51,953 nt of DNA from Actinomycetota bacterium (lineage in GTDB: Bacteria > Actinomycetota > Coriobacteriia > Anaerosomatales > UBA3086), in the NCBI GenBank assembly GCA_027859125.1, contig JAQIBK010000264.1:1-51953 (forward strand), written 5' to 3'. How positions within the stretch are numbered: position 1 is the first letter of the stretch; each line of letters opens with the position of its first letter. The notes beneath the pieces are model-generated. The model had not been told where the DNA came from and did no database searches. It was given only the letters and a program-made list of their open reading frames with translations. Position numbers and translations under genes: made by a program. Shown piece by piece: positions 50,809-51,953 of the stretch.

Positions 50809-51953
50809 CTAGCTTTCCGTGAACGATTCGGTGAACTCACGCAGAACGGAGGACAGGGTCTCCTTGGTCTCGTCGCTCAGCTTCTGCTCTTTGGCGATCG
50901 TCTTACCGATCTCCGGATGAGCGCTGTTCACGAACTCGAGGAAGGCATCGCGGAATCCGACGACAGCCTCGGGCTCTATACCGTCCAAGAAGCCCTCGGC
51001 ACCGGCGTAGATGGCCATGGCCTGATCCTGAACCGGCATGGGTACATAGCGACCCTGCTTGAGGAGCTCGACGAGGCGCGCACCACGGTTGAGCGTGGCC
51101 TGCGTTGACTTGTCGAGGTCGGAACCGAACTGGGCGAATGCCGCAAGAGAGCGGTAGTTCGCAAGGTCGATCCGGAGTGAGCCTGCAACCTGCTTCATCG
51201 CCTTGATCTGTGCGGAACCGCCGACGCGAGAGACGGAGATGCCGACGTTGATCGCGGGACGCTGACCTTGGTGGAACAGGTCGGTCTGCAGGAAGATCTG
51301 GCCGTCTGTGATTGAGATGACGTTGGTCGGGATGTACGCCGAAACGTCACCAGCCTGGGTCTCGATGATCGGCAGGGCCGTGAGTGAACCGGCACCGTAC
51401 TCATCGCTCATCTTGACCGCACGCTCGAGCAGGCGGCTGTGCAGGTAGAAGACGTCACCGGGATATGCCTCGCGGCCCGGCGGGCGGCGGAGCGTGAGTG
51501 ACATCTGGCGGTACGCGACGGCCTGCTTGGAGAGGTCGTCGTAGATGCACAGGACTGCGCGGCCGGGGTTGTCCTTGGTGGCAACCTCGCCGTTCTCGCC
51601 CGTGTACATGAAGTACTCGCCCATGGCGACACCCGACATGGGTGCCAGGTACTGCAGCGGCGCGGGATCCGACGCATTGGCGGCAACGATGATAGTGTAA
51701 TCCATCGCACCGAACTCCTCGAGCGTCTGAACGACACCAGCGACAGTTGAAGCCTTCTGACCGATAGCGACATAGACGCAGATCACGTCTTTGCCCTTCT
51801 GGTTGATGATCGTGTCGATGGCCACGGCGGTCTTGCCCGTCTGACGGTCACCGATGATCAGTTCACGCTGGCCTCGACCGATCGGAACCAATGAGTCGAC
51901 GGCGATGATACCCGTCTGCATCGGCTCGTGAACCGGCTTGCGCTCAACAACGC
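50809..51953 (-). CDS. atpA: F-type ATP synthase subunit alpha, 3' portion (the N-terminus lies beyond the window end)
   Basis: The reading frame stays open to 51953 (..[48 protein letters not shown]...). The ORF-track internal Met at 51921 is not the true start. Confidence 0.95.
   Translation of the reverse strand, partial: VVERKPVHEPMQTGIIAVDSLVPIGRGQRELIIGDRQTGKTAVAIDTIINQKGKDVICVYVAIGQKASTVAGVVQTLEEFGAMDYTIIVAANASDPAPLQYLAPMSGVAMGEYFMYTGENGEVATKDNPGRAVLCIYDDLSKQAVAYRQMSLTLRRPPGREAYPGDVFYLHSRLLERAVKMSDEYGAGSLTALPIIETQAGDVSAYIPTNVISITDGQIFLQTDLFHQGQRPAINVGISVSRVGGSAQIKAMKQVAGSLRIDLANYRSLAAFAQFGSDLDKSTQATLNRGARLVELLKQGRYVPMPVQDQAMAIYAGAEGFLDGIEPEAVVGFRDAFLEFVNSAHPEIGKTIAKEQKLSDETKETLSSVLREFTESFTES

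Overview
This 52-kb, high-G+C window is densely packed with genes and looks Gram-positive. The gene content suggests an actinobacterial, Coriobacteriia-like organism, but that is only an inference. I support 43 protein-coding features; all but one lie on the minus strand.

Gene order, left to right:
- Partial secreted-protein gene.
- Split transketolase, YitT-family membrane protein, PHP phosphoesterase, prfB and secA.
- An accessory-looking block: a plus-strand CWB2 surface protein, a large ATPase-TPR-SARP regulator, a DUF5317-like/HD/HD-GYP membrane operon, and an orphan 220-aa gene.
- hpf.
- A polar amino-acid ABC transporter with two tandem lipoprotein binding proteins.
- comF and an AEC transporter.
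- mtnA-ahcY-purine nucleoside phosphorylase.
- A roughly 16-kb cell-envelope glycopolymer locus: GT4, two DUF4330-like paralogs flanking a Wzy-like polymerase, two CWB2-anchored proteins (one a SpoIID fusion), LCP, DUF354, and a complete five-gene WbpA/B/D/E/I-like UDP-ManNAc(3NAc)A operon.
- fabZ, murA, an acyltransferase-3 gene, and atpC-D-G-A (atpA runs off the window).

Most notable observations:
- RF2 carries SPT in place of the canonical SPF motif and lacks the usual frameshift site.
- TAG is the majority stop codon: 23 of 42 gene ends read by hand.
- The acyltransferase-3 gene is interrupted by one in-frame TAG.
- A roughly 270-nt leader upstream of the second binding-protein gene looks structured.

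I saw no rRNA, tRNA, CRISPR array or transposase. All calls come from reading the sequence and from motif recall; no searches were run.
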